This document shows, one piece after another, positions 49,109-58,738 of a stretch of 64,000 bases of DNA; the first letter of the stretch is position 1; each line of letters opens with the position of its first letter. The position numbers were made by a program, and so were the translations under genes. Origin of the DNA: an uncultured Gammaproteobacteria bacterium (GTDB lineage: Bacteria > Patescibacteriota > Patescibacteriia > CAYZDG01); NCBI GenBank assembly GCA_964536515.1, contig CAZHXI010000003.1:9112-73111 (forward strand), read 5' to 3'. The notes below the pieces were generated by a model that did no database searches, was not told the origin of the DNA, and saw nothing but the letters and a program-made list of their open reading frames with translations.

Positions 49109-49128
49109 TCTATATACTAGACTGCTAA
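49101..49128. promoter_or_regulatory. CIRCE-like operator TTAGCAATC-N9-GACTGCTAA at the hrcA start
   Basis: Two mismatches to the TTAGCACTC-N9-GAGTGCTAA consensus. Confidence 0.65.
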
Positions 49129-49145
49129 TTGGACCCGCGCAAGCC

Positions 49146-50264
49146 CTACCTGAACCCCAGCCGGCTGCGGAGGGCGACGCTCTGGGCTATGCCCAGGGCG
49201 ATGAGCAGGGTTAGCAGCGAGCTGCCTCCGGCGCTCACCAGGGGCAGGGTTACGCCGGTGAGCGGCAGCAGCCCCAGAGCGCCGCCGAGGTTGATGATCG
49301 CCTGGCACCCAATCCAGCCCGCGAGGCCCAGGCACACAAGGGTACCGAAGTCGTCTTCGCTGCTGCGGGCAATGATGATGAGCCTAGCGAGCAGCAGGCC
49401 TAGCAGCGCCAGGATTGCGAGGGCGCCCACCAGCCCCAGCTCCTCGGCCAAGCCGGAGAAAATGAAGTCGGTATGCTGCTCGGGGAGGAAGTTGAGCTGG
49501 CTCTGCGAGCCCAGGCCAATCCCCCGCCCCAGCACCTGGCCCGAGCCGACGGCCACAATGGACTGGCGGACGTTGTACCCGCTGCCCAGCGGGTCGGCGC
49601 CTGGGTTGAGGAAGTTGAGCACGCGGTCGTGCTGGTAGGGCGAGAGCAGCGCGAACCAAGCGAACACAGCTAGCGCAACACCCCCGCCGATGAGCAGTAG
49701 CCACTGCTTCCAGCTGGCACGGTAGAAGAACAGCAGCACCAGCCAGATAGCCACGAGCACGAGCGCCGAGCCAAGGTCGGGCTGCAGCAGCACCAGGCCG
49801 GCCAGGCCGGCTAGCCATAGGCCGCTGGCCACGAACGGCTTCCACCGACCGGCCTCGCCGATGCGAGCGCTGAAGTAGCGCGAGAGGATGAGCAGCAGCG
49901 CCAGCTTTGCGAACTCCACCGGCTGGAGGGTAGCGCCGAACAGGTTGAGCCATGCCTGGCTGCCGCGAATGGTGCGGCCCGCGACCAGCACCACCACCAG
50001 CAGCAGCGCCACGCCTATGTACATCAGCTTGCTGTACGAGCGGAAGGCTCGGTAGTCGGCCAAGCTAATGGCCAGCATCAAGGCTACGCCAACAACCGCC
50101 ACGGCTAGCTGCTTGCGCAGCAGGCCAGCGTTGGCGGGGTCTGCCAGCGTTGCGCTGTACAGGGCCACGAGCCCGAAGCAGACCAGCAGCGCGGCCGCAC
50201 CCAGCATGAACCAGTCCAGGCTGGCGAACCGCGACCCGAGCGACGAGCGTGCCAACGACCTCAT
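49146..50264 (-). CDS. SEDS-family peptidoglycan glycosyltransferase FtsW/RodA
   Basis: Ten-TM SEDS layout; conserved ...[16 protein letters not shown]...[11 protein letters not shown]... Confidence 0.85.
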   Translation of the reverse strand: MRSLARSSLGSRFASLDWFMLGAAALLVCFGLVALYSATLADPANAGLLRKQLAVAVVGVALMLAISLADYRAFRSYSKLMYIGVALLLVVVLVAGRTIRGSQAWLNLFGATLQPVEFAKLALLLILSRYFSARIGEAGRWKPFVASGLWLAGLAGLVLLQPDLGSALVLVAIWLVLLFFYRASWKQWLLLIGGGVALAVFAWFALLSPYQHDRVLNFLNPGADPLGSGYNVRQSIVAVGSGQVLGRGIGLGSQSQLNFLPEQHTDFIFSGLAEELGLVGALAILALLGLLLARLIIIARSSEDDFGTLVCLGLAGWIGCQAIINLGGALGLLPLTGVTLPLVSAGGSSLLTLLIALGIAQSVALRSRLGFR

Positions 50265-51085
50265 TCAGGCAGCAGGACGTTGGAGCGGTCGAAGGGGTCG
50301 GTAACCAGCTGAACCTCAACCTGCGCCGACGGTGAAATTGGGTGGTACCAGGTAACCGCGCTCGGGCGCTCCTCCCCCGCCGCCAGGTTGCCAATCTCCA
50401 GCCTGGCCACGGCCACCACCGACCCGCCCTCTCGCGCCACAGCCACAGCAGCTACAGACCGGTAGCCGACCTGGTCGCCATTGACGGCCGTGAAGGTCGC
50501 GCGGCTGGGCTGCCCGCTCTCCAGCTGCAGCGAAACATCCTTAGCTGCCAGCTGCAGCGCCGGAATGGGGTCGTCCTCGCTGTCTCGTACCCAGCGGAGG
50601 CCGACGATTGCCAGCTCGGCATCTGCCGCCTCGCCGGCAGCTACGCCGGCGGCGTACCGGGTCTCGCCCGGCATCAGCCACATCCAGCCGGTGGCGACCA
50701 CGTCTCCGTCGGGCAGCCTGAACTCGTAGGTAACCCCCGTGGCTACCCTACCGTCGTTGGGGTTCGTAACGGTAGCAAGCAGCTGGGTAGAGCCGGGCAG
50801 CAGCACAGCAGAGACTTCGCCCACCTCCAATGGATCCGGCTTGGGGGCAACGTAAGGCTGCATCGCCGTAACCTCCCGGTAGATACGGTCTACCAGGCCG
50901 GGGTCTTGAATGATCGGCAACGCTCGCCAGGCCGCCCAGCCGTACAGCAGCACAGAAGCTGCGACGAGTACGTATATGGAGGCACGTCGAATTGTGGAAA
51001 AGTGGGTCAGCACCCAGTAGTTCGCCCGAACCAGCAGCGAGGTGCTGGCTAGCGGCTCGAAGTCATTCTTGGGAACGGGAAGCAT
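50261..51085 (-). CDS. Hypothetical membrane-anchored protein (about 274 aa from ATG 51085; track ORF GTG at 51121), ATGA-coupled to ftsW/rodA
   Basis: Single N-terminal TM helix plus a beta-rich extracytoplasmic domain. Confidence 0.55.
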   Translation of the reverse strand: MLPVPKNDFEPLASTSLLVRANYWVLTHFSTIRRASIYVLVAASVLLYGWAAWRALPIIQDPGLVDRIYREVTAMQPYVAPKPDPLEVGEVSAVLLPGSTQLLATVTNPNDGRVATGVTYEFRLPDGDVVATGWMWLMPGETRYAAGVAAGEAADAELAIVGLRWVRDSEDDPIPALQLAAKDVSLQLESGQPSRATFTAVNGDQVGYRSVAAVAVAREGGSVVAVARLEIGNLAAGEERPSAVTWYHPISPSAQVEVQLVTDPFDRSNVLLPE

Positions 51086-51095
51086 AAGCTCAGAA

Positions 51096-51165
51096 TACAG
51101 AACACCAGAACACCTGTACACGGGAACGAAGGTGTTCGAGTGTTCCGGTGTTCCGACTGCTGCTA
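51096..51165. promoter_or_regulatory. Palindromic array of GAACACC/GGTGTTC heptads around TGTACA (copy A)
   Basis: GAACACCAGAACACC-TGTACA-...GGTGTTCGAGTGTTCCGGTGTTCC. Shares about 30 bp with copy B at 55.6 kb. Confidence 0.5.
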
Positions 51166-51175
51166 TACTAATCCC

Positions 51176-51517
51176 ATGTTCGAGACGTCACGAGATATCC
51201 TCAACTGGGCAATCGCCGTCAGCGTGGTCGCCGTGGCCATTTCGATGGTGTGGGCCATGGCCTACGTCATCGGCATGCTGCGGACGGTGAACGAGCTCAA
51301 CCGTCGCATCCGCGGCGCCGTGGAGGGCTTCACCGTCGTCATGGCGCACCTGCAGGATAAAATCCAGTCTACCGCCGGGTACCTACCCATGATCGTTCAG
51401 GCAGTAACCAGGCTGGTAGACTACTTCATGAAGCAGCGAGCCGAACGCCGAGCCGCTGCCGACGATTCAGATTTTGAACAGAGTGCACCGCCGCGTCCGA
51501 GAAAAACCAAAAAGTAA
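51176..51517 (+). CDS. Hypothetical small membrane protein (about 113 aa from MFETSRDIL)
   Basis: ORF followed by a clean terminator; one TM helix. Confidence 0.45.
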   Translation: MFETSRDILNWAIAVSVVAVAISMVWAMAYVIGMLRTVNELNRRIRGAVEGFTVVMAHLQDKIQSTAGYLPMIVQAVTRLVDYFMKQRAERRAAADDSDFEQSAPPRPRKTKK

Positions 51518-51565
51518 TCCTGTAATGGGTAAATCCTAAACAGTAACCGGCTCAGCTGCGGAAAC

Positions 51566-51600
51566 AAAAAGGGACCACGGGGTCCCTTTTCTTTCGTTTC
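51566..51600 (+). terminator. Rho-independent terminator GGGACC-acgg-GGTCCC + TTTTCTTTCGTTTC
   Basis: Read directly. Confidence 0.8.
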
Positions 51601-51634
51601 TCCTACGTTCCGATTCGAGCAGGCCTCCGCCAGC

Positions 51635-52198
51635 TCAACGGATGAGCACGCTGCGCCTCACGCCCGGATCGATGCAGACCTTGGTTACGCCCTCCCAGCG
51701 GCTGAGTGGAGAGGAGTACCTGCTGAGGACGACCCGCGCCGCGTCTAGCCTAACCTCGGCGAGGTACAGGTTGCCCTCGATGACCGAGACGTCGAACGCG
51801 GGCTCGGACCTACCTGCGGCCAGCAGCAGCAGCGTCCCGGCGATGTCGAGGATGTCCTCACGGTTCGACACGATCACCGAGCCGGTAGCCAGGGATGCAT
51901 CGATCTTCAGCAGCTCGCCGAAGAGCTCGGCTACGTCATCGGCTACGGACACCGCAGACGCCACCGCGCCGTGATCCTTCAGCGGAGCGCAGCAGACCGG
52001 GGCGATGGCCTTAACGCCCAGGATGCCGGCGGCAACGTTGGCCGCGGGCTGCAGCGCCGGCTGGGTAACGAGCACCGCTCGCGGCAGCTTGCCCTTCGCC
52101 ACCAGAGCTCGGCAGCTGCGGGTCAATGCCAGGTCCAGCTCGGATCCACGCGGCAGCGCTCCCGGAGCCGCGCACAGGAAACAGAGGCTTTTCTTCAA
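51635..52198 (-). CDS. Hypothetical protein (187 aa), divergent from dnaE
   Basis: ORF with a mixed alpha/beta-like pattern; no confident family. Confidence 0.4.
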   Translation of the reverse strand: MKKSLCFLCAAPGALPRGSELDLALTRSCRALVAKGKLPRAVLVTQPALQPAANVAAGILGVKAIAPVCCAPLKDHGAVASAVSVADDVAELFGELLKIDASLATGSVIVSNREDILDIAGTLLLLAAGRSEPAFDVSVIEGNLYLAEVRLDAARVVLSRYSSPLSRWEGVTKVCIDPGVRRSVLIR

Positions 52199-52394
52199 GA
52201 CTTACTCCTTGGTTTCTTTGGAACGTTCGAATTGGCTTCTGAATGAGCCTACAGCGGCGAAAGCTACACCCGAGACGTGCGGGGGTCAATCGTTGCCGCG
52301 CACCGTAGCCATCGGGTAGAATTCAGGCGTAGAAAAATTTACCGGCCTAGCGGCAGAACGGCTACACGCCTCTCGCCGCACTGGGATACGTCCT

Positions 52395-55300
52395 ATGCCC
52401 ACCCCGTTCGTACACCTGCACGTCCACAGCCACTACAGCCTGCTCGACGGCCTGAGCAAGGTTCCCGACCTGGTGGCTCGCGTGAAGGAGCTAGAGATGC
52501 CAGCCGTGGCCCTGACCGACCACGGCGTCATGTACGGCAGCGTTGAGTTCTACCAGGCCTGCCGCAAAGCCGAAATCAAGCCAATCATAGGCGTAGAGGC
52601 TTACGTGGCGCACGGGGGCCTGCACCTACGCGGGAAGGGCGAGGAGAAGCCGTACCACTTCATTCTGCTGGCCAAGGACTACGACGGATACCGCAACCTG
52701 CTGCGGCTGACCAGCATCGCGCACCTGGAAGGCTACTACTACAAGCCGCGCGTCGACTGGGATGCGCTACGCCAGCACGGCAAGGGGCTGATCGCCATGT
52801 CCGCCTGCAGGGCGGGCGAGGTGCCACGCGCCATTACCAGCGGCGACATGGACGGCGCCAGGCGGGCCATTGCCCGGGCGGTGGAGGTCTTCGGGCAGGG
52901 CAACTACTACCTGGAGCTGCAGCACCACCCCGCCGACCCCCAGCAGGGCGAGGTCAACGACGCGCTCATCCAGCTCGGCCGCGAGATGGGCGTGCCCCTG
53001 GTCGCGACCAACGACAGCCACTACCTTCGGCCGGAGGACGCAGAGGCGCAGGATGCCCTGCTGTGCATCCAGACCAAGTCGCTGCTCGCCGAGGAGGGCC
53101 GCATGAGCTACCGCAAGTTCGACCTCAGCCTGCGCAGCCCCGACGACATGGCCGCAGCCTTCGCCCACGTGCCCGAGGCGATCGCCAACACCGTGGCTAT
53201 CGCCGAGAGCTGCAACGTCGAGCTGCCGCTGGGCAAGATTGTGCTCCCCCAGTACAGCCTGCCGGCCGGCCACACCCCCGACGCCGAGCTACGCCTGCTG
53301 GCCGAGGCCGGCATCCCCAGGCGGTTCCCCGCCTCGGGTGACGACGCCGCCATGCGCGAACGGCTGGACTACGAGCTGGGCGTCATCGCCAAGACCGGCT
53401 ACGCCGCGTACTTCCTCATCGTTCAGGACTTCGTAAACTGGGCGCGGAGCCAGGGCATAATGGTCGGGCCGGGCCGTGGCTCTGCCGCCGGCAGCCTGGT
53501 CTCGTACCTGTGCGGCATAACCAACCTCGACCCCATCCGCTACGAGCTGATGTTCGAACGCTTCTTGAACCCCGACCGCGTGAGCATGCCGGATATCGAC
53601 CTCGACTTCGCCGACGCCCGGCGCGAGGAGGTCATCGGCTACGTAGCCAAGAAGTACGGCCACGACAAGGTGAGCCAGATAATTACCTTCGGGACAATGG
53701 CCGCCCGAGCCGGCATCCGCGACGTGGGCCGCGTGCTGGGGTTCAGCTACGGCTACTGCGACCGACTCGCCAAGCTGGTGCCGCCCTTCGCCAGCCTGGC
53801 CGATGCCCTGCGCGACGTGCCCGAGCTGAGGGCGGCCTACGAGCAGGACGCCGAGGCCAAGCGGCTGATTGACCTGGCCTCACGGGTGGAGGGCGTGGCG
53901 CGCCACAGCTCCATCCACGCCTGCGGCGTCCTCATTACCCCCGAGAGGCTGGACGACTACGTGCCGCTGCAGCGCGCCAGCTCGGCCGACGAGACCATAG
54001 TCTCGCAGTACTCGCTGCACCCGGTAGAGGACCTGGGCCTGCTGAAGATGGACTTCCTCGGCCTGTCGAACCTCACCATCATCGAGACGGCGCTGAAGAT
54101 AATCCGCAAGACGACGGGCGTAGAGATAGACCTCGATAGCCTGCCCCTGGATGACGCCAAGACGTACCGCCTCTTCCAGGCCGGCGACACCGTGGGCGTA
54201 TTCCAGTTTGAATCCTCGGGCATGCGGCGGTACCTGCGGCAGCTCAGGCCGTCGGAGTTCGAGGACATCGTGGCCATGGGCGCGCTGTACCGCCCCGGGC
54301 CAATGGAGTTCATCCCCGACTACATTGCGGGCAAGCACGGCACCAAGAAGGTGACCTACATCCACCCAGGCCTCAAGCCCATCCTGGACCGTACGTACGG
54401 CATCGCCGTCTACCAGGAGCAGGTGCTGGAGATCGCCCGCAAGATGGCCGGATTCACCTACGGCCAGGCCGACGTGCTGCGCAAGGCCGTAGGCAAGAAG
54501 ATTAAGAGCCTGCTGGACGAGCAGGGCGACCGCCTGGTGAGCGGGCTGGTGGCCAACGGCATCGAGAAGCGGACGGCCGAGCGGATATGGGAGTTCATTA
54601 TCCCGTTCGCCCGCTACGGCTTCAACCGTGCCCACGCCGCATGCTACGGCATGATCAGCTACCAGACGGCGTACCTCAAGGCCAACTACCCCGCCCACTT
54701 CATGGCGGCGCTGCTGGCTTCGGACCAGGCGCACATTGACCGCATCGCCATCGACGTGGCCGAGGCCAAGCACCTGAAGCTGAAGGTACTGCCGCCGGAC
54801 GTGAACGAGAGCTTCCCCAGCTTCGCCGTGGTCCCCCACCCCGACGGCGGCCAGACCGACACCATCCGCTTCGGCCTGGCGGCGGTAAAGAACGTGGGGC
54901 ACGCCGTAGCAGAGGCAATAGTGGAGGAGCGCAAGGCCCGCGGCCCCTTCGCGTCGCTCACCAGCTTCCTGGAGAGGGTGCAGCACCACGGGGTCAACCG
55001 GCGGGCGCTGGAGTGCCTTATAAAGACCGGCGCGCTAGATAGGTTCGGGGAGCGCGGCAACCTGCTGGCCAACATAGACCGGCTGACCGAGTTCAACCGG
55101 CGCTCGTCACAGGGCTCCGGCAGCGGCCAGGGCGGGCTCTTCGATGCGCACGGCGGTCTGGCCGCCAAGCTGCAGCTCGATGCCTCTCCCCCAGCCGCTA
55201 AGTCCGACATCCTGCAGTGGGAGAAGGAGCTGCTGGGCCTGTACATCAGCGACCACCCGCTTCGGCAGCTGGCCACGCCCTCCGCCGGTCCGACGACGGC

Positions 55301-55577
55301 AATCGCCGCCCTGGGCGAGCACGTAGATTCCACCGTGCACGTGCGGCTGGTGGTCAACACCGTCAAGCGGATCGTGACCAAAGCTGGCCAGGCAATGGTC
55401 GCGTGCGTGGTGGAAGACGAGCACGGCAGCTCGTGCGAGCTCATCGTCTTCCCCAAGGTGCTGGAAGGCAGCTACGCCCTGTGGCGGCCGGGTACGCCCC
55501 TGCAGGTAGCCGCCAAGGTGTCAGATAAGGACGGCGTCCCCAAGCTGCTGGCGGAATCGGCGACGTACCTCCGGTAG
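52395..55577 (+). CDS. dnaE: DNA polymerase III alpha subunit (1060 aa)
   Basis: PHP domain start (HLHVHSHYSLLDG), palm/fingers motifs, C-terminal OB fold. Confidence 0.95.
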   Translation: MPTPFVHLHVHSHYSLLDGLSKVPDLVARVKELEMPAVALTDHGVMYGSVEFYQACRKAEIKPIIGVEAYVAHGGLHLRGKGEEKPYHFILLAKDYDGYRNLLRLTSIAHLEGYYYKPRVDWDALRQHGKGLIAMSACRAGEVPRAITSGDMDGARRAIARAVEVFGQGNYYLELQHHPADPQQGEVNDALIQLGREMGVPLVATNDSHYLRPEDAEAQDALLCIQTKSLLAEEGRMSYRKFDLSLRSPDDMAAAFAHVPEAIANTVAIAESCNVELPLGKIVLPQYSLPAGHTPDAELRLLAEAGIPRRFPASGDDAAMRERLDYELGVIAKTGYAAYFLIVQDFVNWARSQGIMVGPGRGSAAGSLVSYLCGITNLDPIRYELMFERFLNPDRVSMPDIDLDFADARREEVIGYVAKKYGHDKVSQIITFGTMAARAGIRDVGRVLGFSYGYCDRLAKLVPPFASLADALRDVPELRAAYEQDAEAKRLIDLASRVEGVARHSSIHACGVLITPERLDDYVPLQRASSADETIVSQYSLHPVEDLGLLKMDFLGLSNLTIIETALKIIRKTTGVEIDLDSLPLDDAKTYRLFQAGDTVGVFQFESSGMRRYLRQLRPSEFEDIVAMGALYRPGPMEFIPDYIAGKHGTKKVTYIHPGLKPILDRTYGIAVYQEQVLEIARKMAGFTYGQADVLRKAVGKKIKSLLDEQGDRLVSGLVANGIEKRTAERIWEFIIPFARYGFNRAHAACYGMISYQTAYLKANYPAHFMAALLASDQAHIDRIAIDVAEAKHLKLKVLPPDVNESFPSFAVVPHPDGGQTDTIRFGLAAVKNVGHAVAEAIVEERKARGPFASLTSFLERVQHHGVNRRALECLIKTGALDRFGERGNLLANIDRLTEFNRRSSQGSGSGQGGLFDAHGGLAAKLQLDASPPAAKSDILQWEKELLGLYISDHPLRQLATPSAGPTTAIAALGEHVDSTVHVRLVVNTVKRIVTKAGQAMVACVVEDEHGSSCELIVFPKVLEGSYALWRPGTPLQVAAKVSDKDGVPKLLAESATYLR

Positions 55578-55589
55578 GGCTCAAGAAAC

Positions 55590-55660
55590 ACGACAACACT
55601 AGAACACCGCAGCGCCCGTGTTCCGGTGTACAGGTGTTCCGGTGTTCTGTATCCTTTACC
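55590..55660. promoter_or_regulatory. GTGTTC/GAACAC heptad array with TGTACA core (copy B), upstream of the 55662 gene
   Basis: ...GAACACCGCAGCGCCCGTGTTCCGG-TGTACA-GGTGTTCCGGTGTTCTGTAT. Confidence 0.5.
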
Positions 55661-55661
55661 T

Positions 55662-56828
55662 ATGCCGACCCCGAAACGCCCATCAATCCGTAAGCGAGCC
55701 CTAGATGCCGACCCGGTGCCGGAGACGCACGTAGCTGCAACCAGAACCATTAGCCGGGCCTACGGCCGGGCGGTGGCGGGCTTCACGCTCGTCGCCGTGC
55801 TGCTCGCCGGCGTAATCCTCACCGTTACCGGCAGCCGCGCCACGGTTACCGTGGTTGCCAAGGTTAACGAGCGGTCGGTGCCGTTCATCTTCTCCGTTGC
55901 CTCGGGCCAGTCCAGCAGCTCGGACAGCCTCCCCGGACGCCTGCTGGAGTTGGCCACTACTACCAGCGAGACCGTAGCTGTAACCCCCGAGCCGCAGGCA
56001 GCAGACCCCAGCGCCAAGGCTGGCGGCGAGGTAACAATTTCCAACTCATCCGGCGTCCCCCAGCAGCTCGTTGCGACCACGCGGCTGCAGACTGCTGACG
56101 GCAAGCTGTTTCGACTGCAGCGTGCGGTTACGGTTCCCGCGAACGGGTCGGTCACCGGCTCGGTGCTGGCGGATGAGGCGGGCGCCCAGTACGCCATCGG
56201 CCCCAGCAGCTTCACCATTCCCGGCCTCAACCCAAGCAGGCAGCAGCAGGTTACAGCAGCCAGCAGCCAGGCTTTCACCCAGAAGGCAGCGGGCAGAGGG
56301 CTGACCGAGGCGCAGCTGGCGGAGGCACGTAGCAGAGCGCTAGCAGCAATCACCGCCAAGCTGAGCCCGCTGCTCAAGGCCTCGCTATTCGAGAACGAAT
56401 CCCTCACGGACGAAGCTGTTACGACCACGGCCCTAGAGCTGGCCACGGATGCCGAGGCAGGTGACGAGGTAACATCGGTAACCTTTGCCGGCACCGTTCG
56501 GGTGAGCGCTACCCTATTCAACGAGCAGGAGCTGCGGCGACGCGCGGCGGCAGCAGCCGGCGCGGGAGCCAACGCGGGCACCGTTCGCTACGCGGTGCAG
56601 CGTGCTGCATCTGGATCTGAATCCATTGCCACCGTCGCGGGCACCGTAAACGTACGGAGCGCCGACGTCTCTGTGCAGGCAACAGACCTAACCGGCAGGA
56701 CCAAGGCTGAGGCACAGGTGTACCTAGAGCTGCTGCCCGGCGTGGAATCTGCCGAGGTTAAGCTGCGGCCACGATGGTTCACACGTCTGCCGCAGGACGC
56801 CAGCCGGATTACGATTCGAATTGAATAG
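55662..56828 (+). CDS. Hypothetical membrane-anchored protein (about 388 aa from MPTPKRPS; track ORF GTG at 55626)
   Basis: N-terminal TM helix plus a Ser/Thr/Ala-rich extracytoplasmic domain. Confidence 0.55.
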   Translation: MPTPKRPSIRKRALDADPVPETHVAATRTISRAYGRAVAGFTLVAVLLAGVILTVTGSRATVTVVAKVNERSVPFIFSVASGQSSSSDSLPGRLLELATTTSETVAVTPEPQAADPSAKAGGEVTISNSSGVPQQLVATTRLQTADGKLFRLQRAVTVPANGSVTGSVLADEAGAQYAIGPSSFTIPGLNPSRQQQVTAASSQAFTQKAAGRGLTEAQLAEARSRALAAITAKLSPLLKASLFENESLTDEAVTTTALELATDAEAGDEVTSVTFAGTVRVSATLFNEQELRRRAAAAAGAGANAGTVRYAVQRAASGSESIATVAGTVNVRSADVSVQATDLTGRTKAEAQVYLELLPGVESAEVKLRPRWFTRLPQDASRITIRIE

Positions 56829-56910
56829 GACGGAGGACCGAGGACGTAGGACTTTGGGGTATAGAATTAACCAGGAACCAGTCCTCTGTCCTAAGTCCTA
56901 AGTCCTACTG
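56826..56910. promoter_or_regulatory. Heptad-repeat palindrome: 4x NAGGACN (TAGGACG GAGGACC GAGGACG TAGGACT), 28-bp spacer, then 4x inverted copy (AGTCCTC TGTCCTA AGTCCTA AGTCCTA), upstream of thrS
   Basis: Read directly; ends 13 nt before the thrS ATG. Confidence 0.7.
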
Positions 56911-56922
56911 TATCCTGCTCCC

Positions 56923-58671
56923 ATGGACGACGCACAGCTCGCATCGGTACGACACTCCCTGGCCCACCTGCTGGCCATGGCCGTGCTGGAGCGCGACCCC
57001 AAGGCCAAGCCCACCATCGGCCCAGCCGTTGACGACGGCTTCTACTACGACTTCGAACTCTCGCAGCCCATCGGAGAGGACCAGCTCGATTCGCTGCAGG
57101 CTCGGATGGTTGAGCTGGCAGAGTCCGGCATTACCTTCGAACGCTCCGAGGCTAAGGACCGAGCAGAGGCGAGGTCTCGCGTAGCCGGCAACCAGTACAA
57201 GGAGCAGCTGGTAGACGAGCTGCCCCAGGGCGAGGCTATTACCTTCTACACCAGCGGCAGCTTCACCGACCTGTGCCGCGGCGGGCACGTTGCCAGCACC
57301 TCGCAGATCGCCCCGGGATCCTTCTGCCTCGACCGCGTCGCCGGAGCCTACTGGCGTGGCGACGAGAAGAACGCCATGCTCACCCGCATCTACGGCCTGG
57401 CCTTCGCCACGGCTGATGACCTGGCCGCCTACAAGCTGCAGCGGGAGGAGGCACGAAAGCGTGACCACAAGAAGCTGGGGCCAGAGTTGGACCTATTCAC
57501 ATTCTCCGACCTCGTGGGCAGCGGCTTGCCGCTGTGGACGCCCCGCGGAGCCACCCTACGTCAGGTTCTGGACGACTACGTCTGGCAGCTCCGTTCCGCC
57601 GCCGGCTACGAGCGTGTGGAGATTCCCCACATCACCAAGAAGGACCTGTACGAGAGGAGCGGCCACTGGCAGAAGTTCCAGGACGAGCTGTTCAAGATAA
57701 CCACGCGGGAGGGCCACCTATTCGCGATGAAGCCCATGAACTGCCCGCACCACACGCAGATCTACGCCCGCCGACAGTGGAGCTACCGCGAGCTGCCGCA
57801 GCGCTACGCCAACACCACCATGTGCTACCGCGACGAGCAGTCCGGCGAGCTCTCGGGCCTCTCGCGCGCCCGCAGCTTCACCCAGGACGACGCCCACGTA
57901 TTCTGCCGCATGGCCCAGGCGCGGGAGGAGTTCCTTAAGATCTGGGACATTGTCCACGCCTTCTACGGCACGTTCGGCTTCCAGCTGCGCGTACGGCTGT
58001 CGCTGCACGACCCCGCGAATCCGGATGCCTACCTGGGCGACGAGGCTCGGTGGGCCGAGGCCGAGGGCATGCTGCGCGAGATAATTACCCAGAAGGGCGG
58101 CGACTGGTTCGAGGGCGTGGGCGAGGCAGCCTTCTACGGCCCCAAGCTGGACTTCATGGCCAAGGATAGCCTGGGCCGCAGCTGGCAGGTGGCCACCATC
58201 CAGCTGGATATGAACATGCCCGAGCGGTTCGACCTCACCTGCGTCAGCGAGTCCGGCGAGGCCGAGCGCATCGTCATGATCCACGCCGCCATCATGGGCT
58301 CCATCGAGCGGTTCCTCTCCATTGCCATCGAGCACTTCGCCGGCGCCTTCCCCCTGTGGCTCTCGCCCGAGCAGGTACGCGTGGCAAGTGTCTCGGAGGC
58401 GCACATCCCCGCTGCCCAGCAGCTCGCCGCCCAGCTGCGGCAGGCAGGCCTGCGCGTGCACGTAGACGCCAGCAATGAGTCGGTCGGCAAGAAGATCCGC
58501 GCCGCGGAAATGGGAAAGGTCCCCTACTCCATTGTATTCGGCGACAAGGAAGCCTCCGGCGAGCCGCTGCAGGTACGCGTCCGCGGCCAGAGGGACCCCT
58601 GGACCGGAGACCTAGCTAGCTTCATCGCACGAGCCAGCGACCTGAATGCCAGCCGCTCGCTAGAGCTGTAG
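56923..58671 (+). CDS. thrS: Threonyl-tRNA synthetase lacking the N-terminal TGS domain (582 aa)
   Basis: Second editing subdomain (HSLAHLLA), class II motifs 1-3, C-terminal anticodon-binding domain. Confidence 0.92.
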   Translation: MDDAQLASVRHSLAHLLAMAVLERDPKAKPTIGPAVDDGFYYDFELSQPIGEDQLDSLQARMVELAESGITFERSEAKDRAEARSRVAGNQYKEQLVDELPQGEAITFYTSGSFTDLCRGGHVASTSQIAPGSFCLDRVAGAYWRGDEKNAMLTRIYGLAFATADDLAAYKLQREEARKRDHKKLGPELDLFTFSDLVGSGLPLWTPRGATLRQVLDDYVWQLRSAAGYERVEIPHITKKDLYERSGHWQKFQDELFKITTREGHLFAMKPMNCPHHTQIYARRQWSYRELPQRYANTTMCYRDEQSGELSGLSRARSFTQDDAHVFCRMAQAREEFLKIWDIVHAFYGTFGFQLRVRLSLHDPANPDAYLGDEARWAEAEGMLREIITQKGGDWFEGVGEAAFYGPKLDFMAKDSLGRSWQVATIQLDMNMPERFDLTCVSESGEAERIVMIHAAIMGSIERFLSIAIEHFAGAFPLWLSPEQVRVASVSEAHIPAAQQLAAQLRQAGLRVHVDASNESVGKKIRAAEMGKVPYSIVFGDKEASGEPLQVRVRGQRDPWTGDLASFIARASDLNASRSLEL

Positions 58672-58687
58672 CTCCTAGATTACAGAG

Positions 58688-58724
58688 AGGCGCCCGAGCT
58701 TTGCTCGGGCGCCTTCGTTCCTTC
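58688..58724 (+). terminator. Rho-independent terminator AGGCGCCCGAG-cttt-GCTCGGGCGCCT + TCGTTCCTTC
   Basis: Read directly, just after the thrS stop. Confidence 0.75.
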
Positions 58725-58738
58725 ACACCGTTCCCAGG

